A stretch of 64,000 bases of DNA from the human T2T-CHM13v2.0 reference genome, Homo sapiens (GCF_009914755.1 NC_060926.1), one strand, 5' to 3'; positions 30,600-48,044 are shown, counted from the stretch's first letter. Numbers and translations: made by a program. Notes: generated from the letters alone by a model not told the origin.

Positions 30600-31580
30600 T
30601 TCTACTTTAGGGAATATTTCATATTAAAATTTTAACTCTAAATTAAGGACTCATTTTGTAATTTTCACAAGTAAATCTCATAACCCATTTTGGCACTGAA
30701 TCAAAATGATATTTATGAAGAAATATTATTTTGGCCTAAATTGAAAACATCTTAAATCTTTTCAGTAGTCTCTAGAGAAAATATAAGGAAGAAGAACATT
30801 AATAATGAGCAGCAATTTAGAAAAATTATTTTTATCTCTTTTAAATTCAATATATTACTCAAACCACGGATTTTCAAACGTCATTCCCTAATCAAGCCTG
30901 CTGAACTCTGGCAAGTACAAATGCAGTCCATCCTTATCCCCACTTCACCCCAGTACTACCTCTCATTCACCTTTTTATTATGAAAGCAAATTCGCTTTTT
31001 AGGCCTTTCTTTCAACTTGCCTTTCATTTTCCATAATCTGAGAGCCAGGAGTTAACTCGGCAAGTAAGAAACCTGACACTGTGAAAGTGGAGCACTAAAA
31101 ATGTGGAGAAATAGAAAGATTTGTACATTTTTATTATTGATTTATTTTTTATTTTTATCCATGTCACACAGATATTTCATCAATGTCTAATGTAGTTTGA
31201 AACATGGTGGGAAAAATGCTTAATCATCTCCTCTCCCTAGATTGTCATTGTCTGAGGTGGAGTCTAGGCCCTATCAGCAAGAGAAAGGCTGGTACAACTT
31301 GATTTGTTTATGATCCATCACTACTTCCCCTTCCTTACTCCACGTCCCTATTCTCTAAGAAAAGAACCACTTGGTTTATGCCCACTTGCTCATTTCTGTC
31401 ACCCGTGGCTACACTTTACTGCAGCTGCCAAATCTAACTGCCTAAAAGGTAACGACACACTGACCTAACATTTTGACTGTGAGGCATCCCTCATTCTTAG
31501 GCTGTAATTGAAACTCTATAAACCCACCTCTGTCTTAGATAATATCAGAACTAAATCTTGCAACATTCTCACCCTTCTTT

Positions 31581-33793
<2,213 letters not shown>

Positions 33794-34149
33794 TCTCACC
33801 CTTCTTTACACAAGTCTCTGCTTAAAGCATAAGACAGGCTAACATTTTGTCCACTGATACAAACCAACCTCCCCTCTTCCTACCCCAACCCTTCTGATCT
33901 GCATTCTGAAACCTTCACTCCATGATCAAGCTCCATAATATCATAAGATTATACTTTGAATGTTCCAGAATATTATGCTCAAATGGTAAAATCCACTGCT
34001 TTGAGAGGGTCTCACAAACTGGTTGTATCACTGACAGCACCCATCCTTGAAGAATCATCTACAATCTTCTGATTCTTGTATGTCATTATTTTTATTTCGG
34101 TACCCAGGTTTCTGTCTTTTTGACCACTCTAAATCAAGGAAGTCAGTAT

Positions 34150-36320
34150 CCCATAGATATTGAAATGTCTACAGGATAATTAATCCAAAACTTTATTCTT
34201 TGTTTCCTTGGCCTCCTCTGTGCCTATGACCTTTTATTTCCAGTACACTGCCACCACCACAGATTCCCATGATGATAAATAGTATGCTCTTTGTCTTCAC
34301 CAGAAATTACCTGTCTTCCCAACCACACACAGAATCTCACTCTTCCACTTGACTGTCTGTTTACTATCAGTCTCAGGTACTCCCTCTGCAACACTTTTGG
34401 ACTTCACTGAGACTCTGTCCCCATTGACTCTCTCAACTTTCTCACCAGCCTTCAACTTTTCTTTCTCATTCCTTCTCCATTGTCCTAACCCTTTGATTCA
34501 CTTCACCTCACATCTCTCAACTCCAGAAGGATAGTCTTGCCTCTTTCTGTCTGCAGAAATTAGAGCATACAGAAAGGCAAATCCTTTGTTTTCTTATAGC
34601 CCCAGCTAAAATATCTATTTCTAGATCAATTATTTTTTCCTCTCCTCTTGTAAGACAGAAGCAAGCATCCTCTCTTTTTGTTTAGTCCAATGCAGGGGAG
34701 AAATATACACTCAGTCCGTCTTTTTCTCTAAGACCTGACTTCAGCAACTATTTCCCTTTCTTCTGCATCTTCAACTTCTCCTTTTCTACTAAATGTCATA
34801 TTCAGCACACGAATTTGCTTTACTATTTATCATTCTAAAACCAATAAAAATTTTCTCTTAACCTTAAACCACCCTCCATTTATAGTCCTTTTTCTCCATG
34901 CTGCATTTACATCCAAACTTTGCTACAGAATTTTTCATACACTTTATTCTTCCCCTTACGCACACTTCCTGACACAATGATACATCATCCAAATTTACCA
35001 TTCAAATTTTTTTTCTTACAGAAGTTACCAAGTATTTTCATGTGGTTAAAACAATGGACTTTTCCCAGTCTCCTTTTATGACCTCTCTGTGGCATCAGGC
35101 CAAATTCATCACTTTCTCCTTTTTGGCATTTTTTTTCTCTTAGCACTCTCTTGGTTTTCTTCCTACCTGGCTTGTTTTTCCTCAGTTACTTTCTCCACCT
35201 CTTCTCTCTACATCAGGTCCAGAATTCTACTAATGGAGTACTTCAGGTTCAGTCTTGTAATCTTAGAACTCTCTCATAGACAATCTTGAATGTTCCCATG
35301 ACTTTCATTAATGTTACAATAACTCACTAATATTCTAGCCTGTCATCCAAACTTCTAACTCATAAACACAGTTGTTTTGTTGATACTTTTGCTGAGATTC
35401 TTTTGGATATCTCATATATAACATACCTAGTATTAAATTCCTGCTCTTTCTTTCCAAATCTGTTCTTTCACTTTTCTCCACTTTGGCAAAAAGCGCTTCC
35501 TTCTATCCAATGGTTTATTCCAGAAACGAAGGCATTCATCCTTCATACCTTCTACTGTATCCTCTATGTCCAACTTATCACCACATCCTGCCAGTTACAT
35601 CTTCAATGTATATCTTGAATCTGTATATTTATCTCTTTCTCTGCTCCTCTTTCCTAAACCAAGTAACAGTCATCTGTTACTTGGCAATTTACACTGTATC
35701 TCAGTTTCTTAAGCCATTTTTCTTATCGTAGCCAAAGACAGCACATTAACATGAAAAGTAGATTATGTGTTATAAACCTTCCTATAGCTGCTGAGATAAA
35801 TAGGAATCAAATCTTACATTCCTAACATTACCAACAATGGCGAACATGAGCTGGTTTCTGCCTCTCTCTCCAGTTTCACCTAGCAGTATCTTTCCTCACT
35901 CCTAACACCTTGGACATCCAGTGATGCTCTTCTCTATTTCTAGTACCTTGGCTGTCTTTCTGTTCCTTAAAAAAATCCAAGTATTTTCTCCCTTTCTGCA
36001 CTTCATATACACTTTCCCTTAGCCTTGAAGTTAATGTCTGCTATGCTTTTCCAACCTTGGCTTTAGTTTTCAACTTAGATGTCAGTTCCTGTGAAAGATC
36101 TTTTCTGTTTTTCCAATATCAATTAGATCTACCTGACATAATTTCATGGCATTCTGTACTTCTATAACACTGTTTCTTATTTTACTTGCATAAAATAGAT
36201 ACAAACACATATAAAGTTGTTTAAAATCTATGAAGCAGACTACAACCTCCAAGAGGCCATATTTGCTTGACTCAGTGTTATATGCTTAGAACTTAGCCAT
36301 ATGTCTGCACATACTAAGTT
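34150..36320 (+). mobile_element. Long degraded L2 LINE
   Basis: Pyrimidine-rich L2-like body ending agactacaacctccaagagg...cttagccatatgtctgcacatactaag. Confidence 0.55.
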
Positions 36321-36333
36321 CTTTCTCTTTCTG

Positions 36334-36386
<53 letters not shown>

Positions 36387-36430
36387 GTTTTTTATATATA
36401 TATAAAACACATATATTACATATATATAAT
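36320..36430. repeat. Compound (CT)n(AT)n microsatellite
   Basis: Direct reading. Confidence 0.92.
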
Positions 36431-38746
36431 TTTTTTCATCTGGCCTTTGACAGGCTTTTTATAAATTTCCTCATATGGGAATCATAAGATATAAGACTCA
36501 GACTTGAAGTTAGGTTAAAGGGTAAAAAATAAAGATAAGGCCATTCTGGCACAGAAAAATACATTTTCCAGATTATACAGCATAGCTCACTGGAATTATA
36601 TTTCAGGCCTAAATTACTAATCATAAATTATTACTTTGTTCAGTTCGTTTTCATTGTCCTTTTTGCATACAGTTCCCTTGGAGAACTTGTAAGGAGTAGT
36701 GATTAGTTCAGGGTTAGATTTGAGTATTCCTGTATCTAGCCAATTTTCATCTTTAATGACATTTCTTCAATATTCACTTGATTTTACCTATGATATCAGA
36801 CTATAACAGAACTCGGATGTATTCCGAAAAGGGTTAGATTGGCTCTCAAATCTAGCACAAGTTTTGCTCCTTTGTTTACTTTATGTAAGCAACCTGAATT
36901 TTAAGAATATAATACTGTCCCCTGGGAGGAGGATGGATTAAAAGTGTTGGGTGACGGATAGGGAGATACCAGTTTGGTAGTTATGCACTAATGTAGAAAG
37001 TAGAAATGGAAAAGAGAAGAGAGATTCAAAAAATAATTTGGAGTCTGAGTCAGTAGGACTTCCTAATTAAAACTGAATAGAGATAAAGAGTTCAATTGAG
37101 TAAAAACAGCATTCCAATATAATATTAATTTTCACATACTATATTTTAACTTAGTGTTCTTTCATATTTTTCCCAATAAGTCTACCTGTTTTATAAGATC
37201 TCAAGGTGTCATTCCATTTAATACAAAGAATGGAGTTTATGTTTTGGCATATTTTCATGACCAAGGGCAGTGCTATTTTAGCATTCCTTCAGGAATCAGT
37301 TTTCAGGATACCAGTACTGAAAAGCTCATGCTCAATATACGTGATTCATGTGGAACAGTAAAGTATTTGATGTAATATATTAGAATTCAAAAGTTGCTCT
37401 TTGAGATATACAGAGGTGGGTAACCTGATTCTGCACTTAAGGAAGTCCTATTGGCTTGTAAGGGCATTGTTCTGAGCTGAAATAACACAGATGGCTGTCT
37501 CAAAAGTGACTAAGGTAAGTATCCACGAAGTTGTGGACTGCTGAACAAACCTGGTTCACTGCTATGCTAATTACCAGTTAGCTGAACTGTCCATTTCTAT
37601 TTCAAATTCCTACTAAATGGAGGAAAACAGTGTTGAAAAATGAAACTTTAACTACAGCACAGCTTTCTTTTACAGTATTCATTGTTTATACTTGTGTACA
37701 CATCTCATTTTGATGTTGGAACACATTGTGCAATAATATTGCAGTGATGATAAAATCATAGGATTATACAGATTAAATCCATTGTAGAAAGATCAAGATT
37801 TCTTTGTTCAGTGCTCACTGTCCTTGCTGTGAGAGGCAGATGTACTTAGAAAAAAGTAAGGCAAAAGTTCTGTAAAGCAATACTTTCTTTATGATGGTTT
37901 TATCTAAATTTGTTGGTTTAGTTTTAGGCAGGAATTCAGTATCAACCTCAAGTTAAGTGTTTAAGACTAAAAAGGCCAAATGAAGCTGGTGAAGGGAAAA
38001 AACTGTCCTCACTCCACTGGCAAAACATGCATTTTGATAATTGCAGATGCTTCTAGGCCAGGGTTTCTTGACCAGGATGAGCTTCAGGGGTTCCATCAAC
38101 AACCAGTTGTGTAGGGCTGTGTTGGCAGGTATGCCAGCAATTATATATTCCTACAGGGGCATTTTTCTGGCAAGAGGATTAATACTTGAAAAGGTAAATG
38201 TCCATGCTCTAAAATAGTGATTCTTAAACTTTATTGTGTATAATAATCACCAGGGGAGCTTGCTGACATCTCCAATTCCTATAATCACTGTGGTGGGAAA
38301 TTTGGCAGTATCTAACAATATAAAATATTCATTTACTATTTGATCCAGCAATTCTTGTTTCTAAAATTCAACCTGAGGATGCATCTTAACAAATAAGAAA
38401 CAGCACATACACTAAGTTATTTACTGTAACCTTATGAATAATAGCAAAATATTAGAAACATTTTTTAACCAGCCCTCTCTTCCCTGGCTGTTTATTAATT
38501 TCTTTCCAGAAAACTAGACCCTAGGTTCTGAGACTACAACAGGGAATTCTAAAGCACCTGGCCTCCACCTCTAGAGAAAATACAAAACAAGATCATTGAG
38601 GATAAAGATGCTTTTGAATTTATGAATACTCAGGGATGACTGAGATGAGTAGCTCTGCATATTGTTAATTGATTGATAGGTGGATGCAATGTCTGGTAAC
38701 AAGCTCTTGTTAGTCTCATAATCAAAGAATTTAAAATAGTAGGCTA

Positions 38747-39106
<360 letters not shown>

Positions 39107-39246
39107 TTATTACATATAGGCCAATTAGTTTTTCAAAGAAAACAGATTGTTTCGATCACACTTGGATTAGAATTCTTCCTGTAAAGGTCTTAGATTATTG
39201 TTTGCTGCTCAGTCTTCATGTCTTTATTTTTTCTAATATCAGGTTC

Positions 39247-39638
39247 TATGATATTCAGTTTATGTGTTAATTTGGCAAGGTGTAGTCCACAGTTACTCAA
39301 ACACTAATCTAGGTGCTGTTTTGACGGTACTTCGTGTCTATAGTCAGCTGCCTTTAAGTAAAGATGATTATCTTCAATACTTTGGTGGACCTGATTTAAT
39401 CAATTAAAAGAATTTAAGAGCAGAACTGTGATTTCCCCCGAGGAAGAAGTTCCACCTGTGGATTACGGCATCAGCTCTTGCCTGAGAGTTCCAGCCTTCC
39501 CTTCCGGATTGCCTGCCCTACAGATTTCAATCTAACTAGCCAGACTCACAAGTGCCTAAGGCAATTTCTTAAAAGAAATCTCTCTATATTTATATATCTT
39601 ACTGGCTCTGTTTCCCTGATAGAATTTTGACTAATACA
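39247..39638 (+). mobile_element. MLT2-type ERVL LTR
   Basis: ttactcaaacactaatctaggtgctg...actggctctgtttccctgatagaattttgactaataca. Confidence 0.7.
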
Positions 39639-41573
39639 GTATCCAAAATTCTTTTGGAGACCACTTCTCTGCCAGTTTCTGTCTACTTGATTTGGGTAAA
39701 ACTCCAATCTGAGTCTATCTCAGAACTTGAGAGCTTCAGGTAGGAATTTTTTTTTTTTTTTTAACTATTGGACCCAAATGAAATTTGAGCCATTAAATTT
39801 CCTTTTTTTTAAAGCTTATTTGGATGAAGTTTTCTAACACAACTAAAAACTACTCATTTTATAAATATTCATGGTTGAGGCAAATGGTAACTGGAACACC
39901 TACCATCACTACAAGAAAAACAGAAGTCAAATGTTCTACTGTCAATAAGTGTATTGAGGCCATTCTAAATAAATTGTATTATCTGTCATGAACCTAGTAA
40001 GCAGTGTCTAACATTGGCATTATTTGTAAAATGGAAAATGCTATGGTTTGAAATTTCAGTTTAGAATATCTGTCCAGTTCATTTTTTTTTCCTTAAGAAA
40101 AAAGCCCTTCATTCTCCCACAGAATTTCAGTCCTGCAGTCCAGCTTCGTTGACATGGCAGAACCTTCCACCCCTGCCTCCTTCTCCTAGCTAATTAGACC
40201 AGTGGTGAATGGCTTGCCCTGTGGCATCTAATACATTAGTTGGACTGAGTCAATCAGCTTATTTGACTTAGGTTTTTAAAACTGTGACACAGAAAGCTGG
40301 AAGTGGTTGATGGCTTGAACAGACATATAAAGCAAGGGCATCGGTCACTGTATCTGAGGTATGTGTAAGTGCAACAGAAAAAGCCTGCCAAGAGGGAGAG
40401 AGAAAGAGAAATGAAGCAAGCATGAAGAAAGAAGTGTTCTCCTTCTCTTTGCTCATATATAACCTTTGAGTTGTCCCAGGCAATGTGTTAAGGCTGCTTT
40501 TAAGTATTATATCAATAGTGGGTCTACTAACCAGAATTTACAAATGGTAAACAAAGACTGCAAACAATGCTGTCAATTAAAAAAAAGAACTCAAATTGTA
40601 GTGCTAATTGTAGCAAATGAAAATAAACTCTGAGTTAATGTTGCCCTCTACATTACCATGATAAATTCTCTTTTCTCCATCTTGGATAGTGAGATTATTA
40701 AAGTATAATAGAGACCTAGGGAGATAAAGTGCTTTGCCCAGGATCATGCAGATAAGTAATTACAGGGTTTGGTTTAAAACTCCAGGTCTCTTAATGTATG
40801 AAAATGTACTATACTCAATTTCCTCCCAATATTTTTCTGTTCTGTATAGTATCATGTACTTATAAACCCACACTTTCTTATAGTTCTATCTTTACACTGA
40901 ATTTTGACCATCATTTGCAAGTATAAAAAACAAAACAAAACAAACAAACAAACAAAAACAGTATTCAGACTTCCTGTCTTTCTTTTCCAGTTAGAAGGTA
41001 AGAGCTCCGGGAAAAGGAGTCAGTTGTCTCTATAGCACACAAAACATTTTCTGTATCTAATAAACACAAATGACAGCAATAACAACACTGCACTTTTGAG
41101 TTTCTACTGAAGTACTGGGACCACTGAAGTAACTGTAGGCAGAGCTCTAATGTGCTGAGAGACTGTGAAAGGTTAATTGATGCATGTGCATTATTCATCA
41201 GTTTTCCTACATATGTAAATAAGGATAATAGCACACCCAAGTAAAGTGCTACAAAATTGCTAACTGAAAGTGAGCACAACAGACTCACAAGCCTTTTATA
41301 TTTGAGCACACTATAATAATCCTGCAAGCAATAATGCTCTGAAAAGCCTTAATCTTTAGTTTCCTTCCTTCCCTTCCTTCTCTCTTTTCATCAACAGATA
41401 TGATCAAATTTTCAAAGACAGCACTATTTCAGTTAGAACTTACACTAGTCTGTATACAAATTTTCATAATCGTTAATAAATAATGTTAGTGCACTGGATT
41501 CAGGAAAATTAATTTTATGAAGACTATGTAAAAACTTCGTCAAAGATGATCTCATTGATCATGAGGTATACTA

Positions 41574-41617
41574 TTAGGTTGGTGCAAAAGTAATTGTGGT
41601 TTTGCCATTGAAAGTAA
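41574..41617. mobile_element. Half of a MADE1 (Hsmar1-derived MITE)
   Basis: TA|ttaggttggtgcaaaagtaattgtggttttgccatt is the Hsmar1 terminal repeat; the second arm is absent. Confidence 0.85.
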
Positions 41618-42497
41618 ATCGTTTTGAATCCAGCATTAGATTCTAAGCAATTTGAGAGCAAGGACTATAATCTTTGTGGAATAATCCTAGATATAAATCA
41701 TGTCCAATTTTTAAAGGACTCGCTCAATATCAGTATGTCTAAATTTTTATGCCAATATGCTCCACGAATACGTGTCTAGTGTCAAAAGGAAATAGTTTGA
41801 CAAAAATCGTTTATTTCAATATAAGCTATATGCTAAATAGAGCTCACTCTTTTGGAATCATGATCAGCTCACATTCAGGATATAAAGCCCTATTGGAAAG
41901 CAAATAGATTGGGCACATAGAAATTGATCAAGAAGCCCTTAATGGTGGGAGGATATGGCAAGCAGACTTTTGGGGATCCTAGGTTTATCCCTCTCTGGCA
42001 GGCATTTGCTGTTCATGCCTTGATTTGTTTGCTCATGCTTTGGTGTTTTCTCTGAAATTCCAAGTTCTGCTGTCTGGTATTCCTAACTTTATGTAGTTAG
42101 CAAAATCTTACTGATTTTGCTTCTTAGTGGCTGGTTCTGTTTTTTCTGCATCCTCATAGTTTTGGTTCCAGCCCTGTGAGCCTATCTTTAGCTCCTTAAT
42201 ATTATTTTGTTTCATAACCTGCTTTTCCTGTCTTAAAAGTAAATAATATTTTATTTCTGATTAACCTTGACATTACGACTTAACTCCTTGAACAAACGTG
42301 GTAGCATATGCAAAAGTAGTGTAAAAAACTTCAGAGACAGCTATTTATTTTTTCATTCATCAAATACTTATTGAGCATCCATTTTGTTAGGCACTGTACA
42401 TGTCAGGCTTGGTAAACGATGGTGCATACAAAAGACACCGTCAGATTGACCTGCGTTTTAATTTCAACTCTGTCTCTATTTCATTCTGAGGAAGCTA

Positions 42498-43086
42498 CAG
42501 TAGTACGCCCATATCCTTGATTTCACTTTTGGAGATTTCAGTTACCTATGGTCAACTGCAGTCCACAGATATTAAACAGAAAATTATAGAAATAAACTTC
42601 ATAAGTTTTAAACTGCAGACCATTGTTAGCAGTGTGATAACCATCCTGCTCTTACCTGCCTGGGATGTGAAGCTTCCCTTTCTCCAGCATACCCACCTTG
42701 TATAGGCTGCCCACCCCTTAGTCCTCTCAGGTAGCTAGAACCACAGGCACACACCATCATGCCAGACAAATTTTTGTAATTTTTGTAGTGATGGGGTTTT
42801 GCCATGTTTCCCAGGCCAGTTGTGAACTCTGGAGCTCAAGCACTCCTCCTGTCTTGGCCTCCCAAAATGCTGGGACTATAGGCATGAACCACTGCACCCA
42901 GCAGAGCATTTGCTTTGAATATCGTGTTGATGCTTAAAATGTTTGGGATTCTGGAACAGTTCAGGTCTCAGATTTTTGTATTAGAAATACACAATTTGAA
43001 TATACAGGGTTTGATACTATCTGTGATTTTAAGGCATCCTCTGGGGGTCCTGGGCTGTATCCCCTGTGGATGAGGAGTAACTGCTA
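42498..43086. mobile_element. Composite: MER44-type ends enclosing an Alu fragment (42724-42902, minus) and a Tigger4/MER46-type end (~42903-43002)
   Basis: cagtagt...tatcc terminal repeat; homology to the 716-1251 element at both ends; Alu left arm plus partial right arm. Confidence 0.7.
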
Positions 43087-43899
43087 CACTTCACTTCTGA
43101 GCCCCAGATTTTTTATTCATAAAATTTAAAAAAGAATAATGCCTAAGAATGAGGTTGAATGAATTAAATGAGATGCAGTGTTTAGCATGTAGAAGACACC
43201 CAGTGTGAACATGTTTCCCTCCTTCCTCTCTTACGCACTTCGTGTTTCATAGGGTGCTCTTTCTTGCAAGACTTTCTAAGTAACAGTTGGGGGTGATGAT
43301 AGGCAATAAAGGTAATTTTATATATACAGGTTTCAAGGGATAAATGTCAGTTTACTGGCGGAATAAGAACTTGCCTCAAAAAGATTGATTCCTACGGTGG
43401 GTGGTAGGTAGGGAAAAATAGCTTGGTGAGTATCATTTCCATATTAAATTAGCTAATAAACTCTATTAATAGAAAAATTTAGGCTACAGAAGAAAAAGTG
43501 AGATACTGCTAAGAGGCACAGTAGAACTTTAATGGAACTGAGCTGTCTCTAGTAACACACAAGCCCATTGCTGGGTACTGATGATAAAAGCTGAGAAACG
43601 TCCAACTCTGTGCCACCAAGATTCTCAGAATTTTTCACAGATTTGCCAGACAATACCTATAAACTGAATCTGCGGAGAGCTCTTTGAGAAAATACAAATG
43701 GATTTTTCAAATAAAAGGTTACCAATAGATACAGTATTATCAATGTTTTTTATAAAGATTTTAATGAAATTCTATATTAAAATTACCTTTTTGTCTCAAT
43801 AAAAATATGATCTAGTCATGACAAAGGAAAAAAGATAAAGGAACAGTTCTCTGTGTGAAATGAAAAAGAGAAAGTCTCTATAGCTCCATTCCAAGACAA

Positions 43900-44440
43900 T
43901 TCTTAATTTTTGAATAAATAATTGAAAAGAAATAGCACACTGAGAATCTCCAAGTTATGCAAAGATACTAAGCTTTTACTAAAAGAGTAGTGAAATGCCA
44001 AGTCAATGTGCATAAACTGTAGGAAAATCTCAAGAGGCCATAGCTTGGCAGACAAATGTCATGTGAGGTTCAAATGAGCAAGTTTAAGGTAATGCATTTA
44101 GGGAACGAACTCCAATGATTTGGATAGAAAGCTGGGCTCTTCTCTTATTACTTACTCAGTTGGTCCACACAGGTGATCTCATCTTACTATCTTTATTCTA
44201 CCTGGTTTGTGAAGACTATGATCAGAATACATGACTCTCTGAGGACATCAGCCTAATGTGCTGCAGTGGCCAAAACAGCTAGGGAATAATTAACAGGAAT
44301 ATTAGAACAAAATGGAAAATATTATCTTACCCATGTAACTCTTATCGTGGAGAATTTGTTAAGTGGAGTGCTATGTTTACTTCTAGTTATAGAGCTTTTA
44401 GAAAGCTGTAATAAACCTCACTGAAGGCTTTACCATAATC
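43900..44440 (+). mobile_element. CR1/L3 LINE remnant
   Basis: aatgtgctgcagtggccaaaacagcta...ggagtgctatgtttacttctag resembles the CR1 ORF2 3' conserved region. Confidence 0.45.
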
Positions 44441-45281
44441 CATGATCAGGTGTGGCAGTAAGGGTAGAATATAGGGTATTACTGGGGTAGACAGGTGTGT
44501 TTTTCTTATAGAAATGCAATACAATGTTTGTGATTCTGAACATGTAGGGACAAAGGTTAAAAAATGGCTATGAATAAAAGCAATAAAACCATTGCATTTT
44601 AATAGACACTACCAGGCACAACTCATTGTGACCATCTTCACCCTGTAATGAGCATGGGCCAAAGTGGCCATATTTTATGTTATGTGATCCCATTCTGATT
44701 CTCCCCAACCACCACCTTTGATCACAAGCAACCAATCAATAATATGCACCTGACCCAAGAGTAACAAATATATGCCCTATGCATTAACTAATGATCCAAG
44801 CTAATCAAATTATTTCTTTGGAGATTTTGAATCAAGAAGTCTCCAATTGTTCAAAATGGGAGAAAGGTGGAAGAATATTCTTATAAAAATATTTGAATAG
44901 CAAAAACCATTTCTATTAATAGCTTTAGTCTCCATGAATCTTTCATCTATTTAAACTCTTGGTTATACATTTCCTATATCTAAAAATATAATAAAATTTG
45001 TATTACTGTTGTTTGAGAAGTAGTATTCTAGCAATTAAACAAGTCTAAAGAAAACATGGAGAAGGCATAAAAATGTTAGCTAAAACTTAACATATTTAAT
45101 ATTCAGACTGTGGTAAAATGAATGGAGGTAAAATGAAGAAGGGACAGGGATGATTAAAAAAAAAAAAAAAGAACTTTGCTCAGTGAATAGCACAGTACTA
45201 AATAAGATAAAGTTTTTACTTTACCCTAAGAGATGCAGCATAGCATAATGGTTAAATTTACGGGCTTAAGGCAAAAACTAC

Positions 45282-45715
45282 TGTCATGGTTTGAATATTT
45301 GTCCCCTCTGAAACTCATGTTAAAAACTTAATTACCAATGTGGCGATGTTAAAAGGTGATGCCTTTGAGAGGTGATTGGGTCATAAGAGCTCTGCTTTCG
45401 TAAGTGGATTAATCCATTTATGGATTAATGGATTAATAGGTTAATGGATTAATGGGTTATCACAGGAGTGGGACTGGTGACTTTATTAGAAGAGGAAAAG
45501 AGACCAGAGTTAGTGTTCAGCCCCCTTACCATCTGATGCCCTGTGCCACCTCAGGACTCTGCAGCGAGTCCTCATTGGCAAGAGGGCCCTCACCAGATTC
45601 ACCCCCCGACCTTGGACTTCACAGTTTTCATTCAGAACTGTAAGAAATACATTTTGTTTCTTTATAACCAGTTTCAGGAATTCTATTAAAAGCAACAGAA
45701 AATGAACTAAGATAA
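45282..45715 (+). mobile_element. MaLR LTR (MLT1A/MST type) inserted in a MIR (45232-45281, ~45720-45910)
   Basis: tgtcatggtttgaat...gtcccctc..aaactcatgtt; internal (atggatta)n; ends agcaacagaaaatgaactaagata. Confidence 0.75.
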
Positions 45716-46330
45716 CTATTTTTATTAAAAACCTGGTTCTAACATGTATCAGCTGGGAATAAGTTACTTAACCTTTCTGTGGTTCTATTACCTTATCTGC
45801 AAAATAGAGAAAATAACAATACTTTTATACGGTTGGTGTGAGGATTAAACAAGTAAATAGATAAGCAGTTCTTAGTAGAGTACCTGGCATTTGAATAAAA
45901 ATGTTAGCATTGAAAAAATGTTTTTATTATTATTAAAAGCTGGAAAATTAAATAGATCTGTTCATGGATACCTGATTCATAAATATCACAAGAAAAATTG
46001 GTGTCTAACTTTAAAAACATGTTTTTATGGAAAATGATTGTACCTTTTGATACAGAATCGGTTAGAGGGTACAGAAGTTTCACCCAGTGTGCGCATTCCC
46101 ATTATCTTATGAGGAGTCCAGATATGCCAAATGAATTTCAGAACAAGCAAAAATGTTAAGGAACATTATTTAAAAGCATTTTTATTGCACTGACAATGTA
46201 TGTTAAATTGAAAGTGTAAGTAATAAACCATAGAGAAATGGCAAACTTCTACCAATTATATTTTGTTGTTGCATGTTATAGTACAATTTATACTTTGTTG
46301 TGGTCTCAGATTCAGAAGGAGAGTAAATAA

Positions 46331-46715
<385 letters not shown>

Positions 46716-47061
46716 TCTCTTTCTTAAATAAAAGCTTGTTATGGAGTAGAGCCATGTTTTATGTTTCTTGCATTTTCCCCCCAATTTATTATACTGAAAG
46801 TTTTCAAACCTTAAATTCAAGGAACACCTTTTTTCTAGACTCACCAATTGTTAAAATGTTGCCCTAAGAGAGAAGGTAGGGAGAGGTAAAGAGGAGAGAA
46901 AGAGAAATGGGGTGGGGGGAGGGAGAAAAACTGTGTTTGTGTTTATTATACACATATATAGACAAACATTTTTTTCCTGTTGAACCTTTTAAAATAAATT
47001 GCAAACTTCATACTTCACCTCATGTGTCTGCTAAAGAACAGAAGAGTTTTATAATGTAACC

Positions 47062-47467
47062 TCTTATAGACTGAACTTTGTCTCTCCAAAATTTGTGTGT
47101 TGAAACCTTAACTGTTTGTACCTCAGAATGTGACTGTATTTGAAAATAGGACTTTAAAGAGGAAATAGTTAAAATGAGGACATTAGTCTGCACACCAATC
47201 TAATTAGACTGATGTCCTTGTGAGAAGAGGAAATGAGGACCCACAGACAGGCATCAGGAATGCACACACCGAGGAAAGACCACGTGAGGACATGGCGAGA
47301 AGGTGATCATCTGCCAGCCAAAGAAAGAGAGAGGCCTCAAGAAACCAAACCTGCTAACATCTTGATCTGAGACCAGCAGCCTTCAGAACCGTGACAAAAC
47401 GAATTTCTGTTGTTTAAGCCACCAAGTCTGTGGTATTCTGTTATGGCAGACCTAGCAAACTAATACA
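47062..47467 (+). mobile_element. MLT1B/C-type MaLR LTR inserted in L1MC
   Basis: cctcagaatgtgactgtatttg...gttgtttaagccacc...gcaaactaataca; perfect 5-bp TSD taacc. Confidence 0.85.
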
Positions 47468-48044
47468 TAACCGTGTTACCATTATGACAACCAATAATCT
47501 TAATATGGATACAATAGCATTGCCTAATATACAGTCTATGCTCAAATTTGTCTTTTATTGTAGTTTTTAATTCAAGTTTTAATCAAGAATCACTCATCGC
47601 AGTTGTTTTTCATCTCTTTCACCTATTTTAATCTAGAATAGTTTCCCTACCATTCCTTGCAGACATTGACCTTTGAAGAATTCCAGGCTAGATAAAATGC
47701 CCAAGGATATAGAATTGTCTTTTTGTTTCATCGTGGTTAGATTTGGGTTACATATTTGGTGATACTACACAGGCAATATTGGTAGTTTTCATGCATGCCA
47801 GAGGAAGCATCAGGTCTGCTTGTTCTCTAATTGGTGACGTTAATTTTGATCACTTGCTTAACTGACTATTATCCAGATTTGCCTCTGTAAAGGTAACTTT
47901 CCCTTATATTAGTTAATAAGCCATCTGTGGAGTGATATTTTGCGACTATATGAACGTTCTCTATTTTTTAGAACATGTCACCCATTGATTTCAGCATGTA
48001 TTAGTGTTTCTTGACTGGATCAAAAGCATATATATTGACAATTG

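Noticed and set aside
45413-45462. (ATGGATTA)n short repeat array
   Set aside because: Internal feature of this MaLR LTR type; no spacers, not CRISPR-like.
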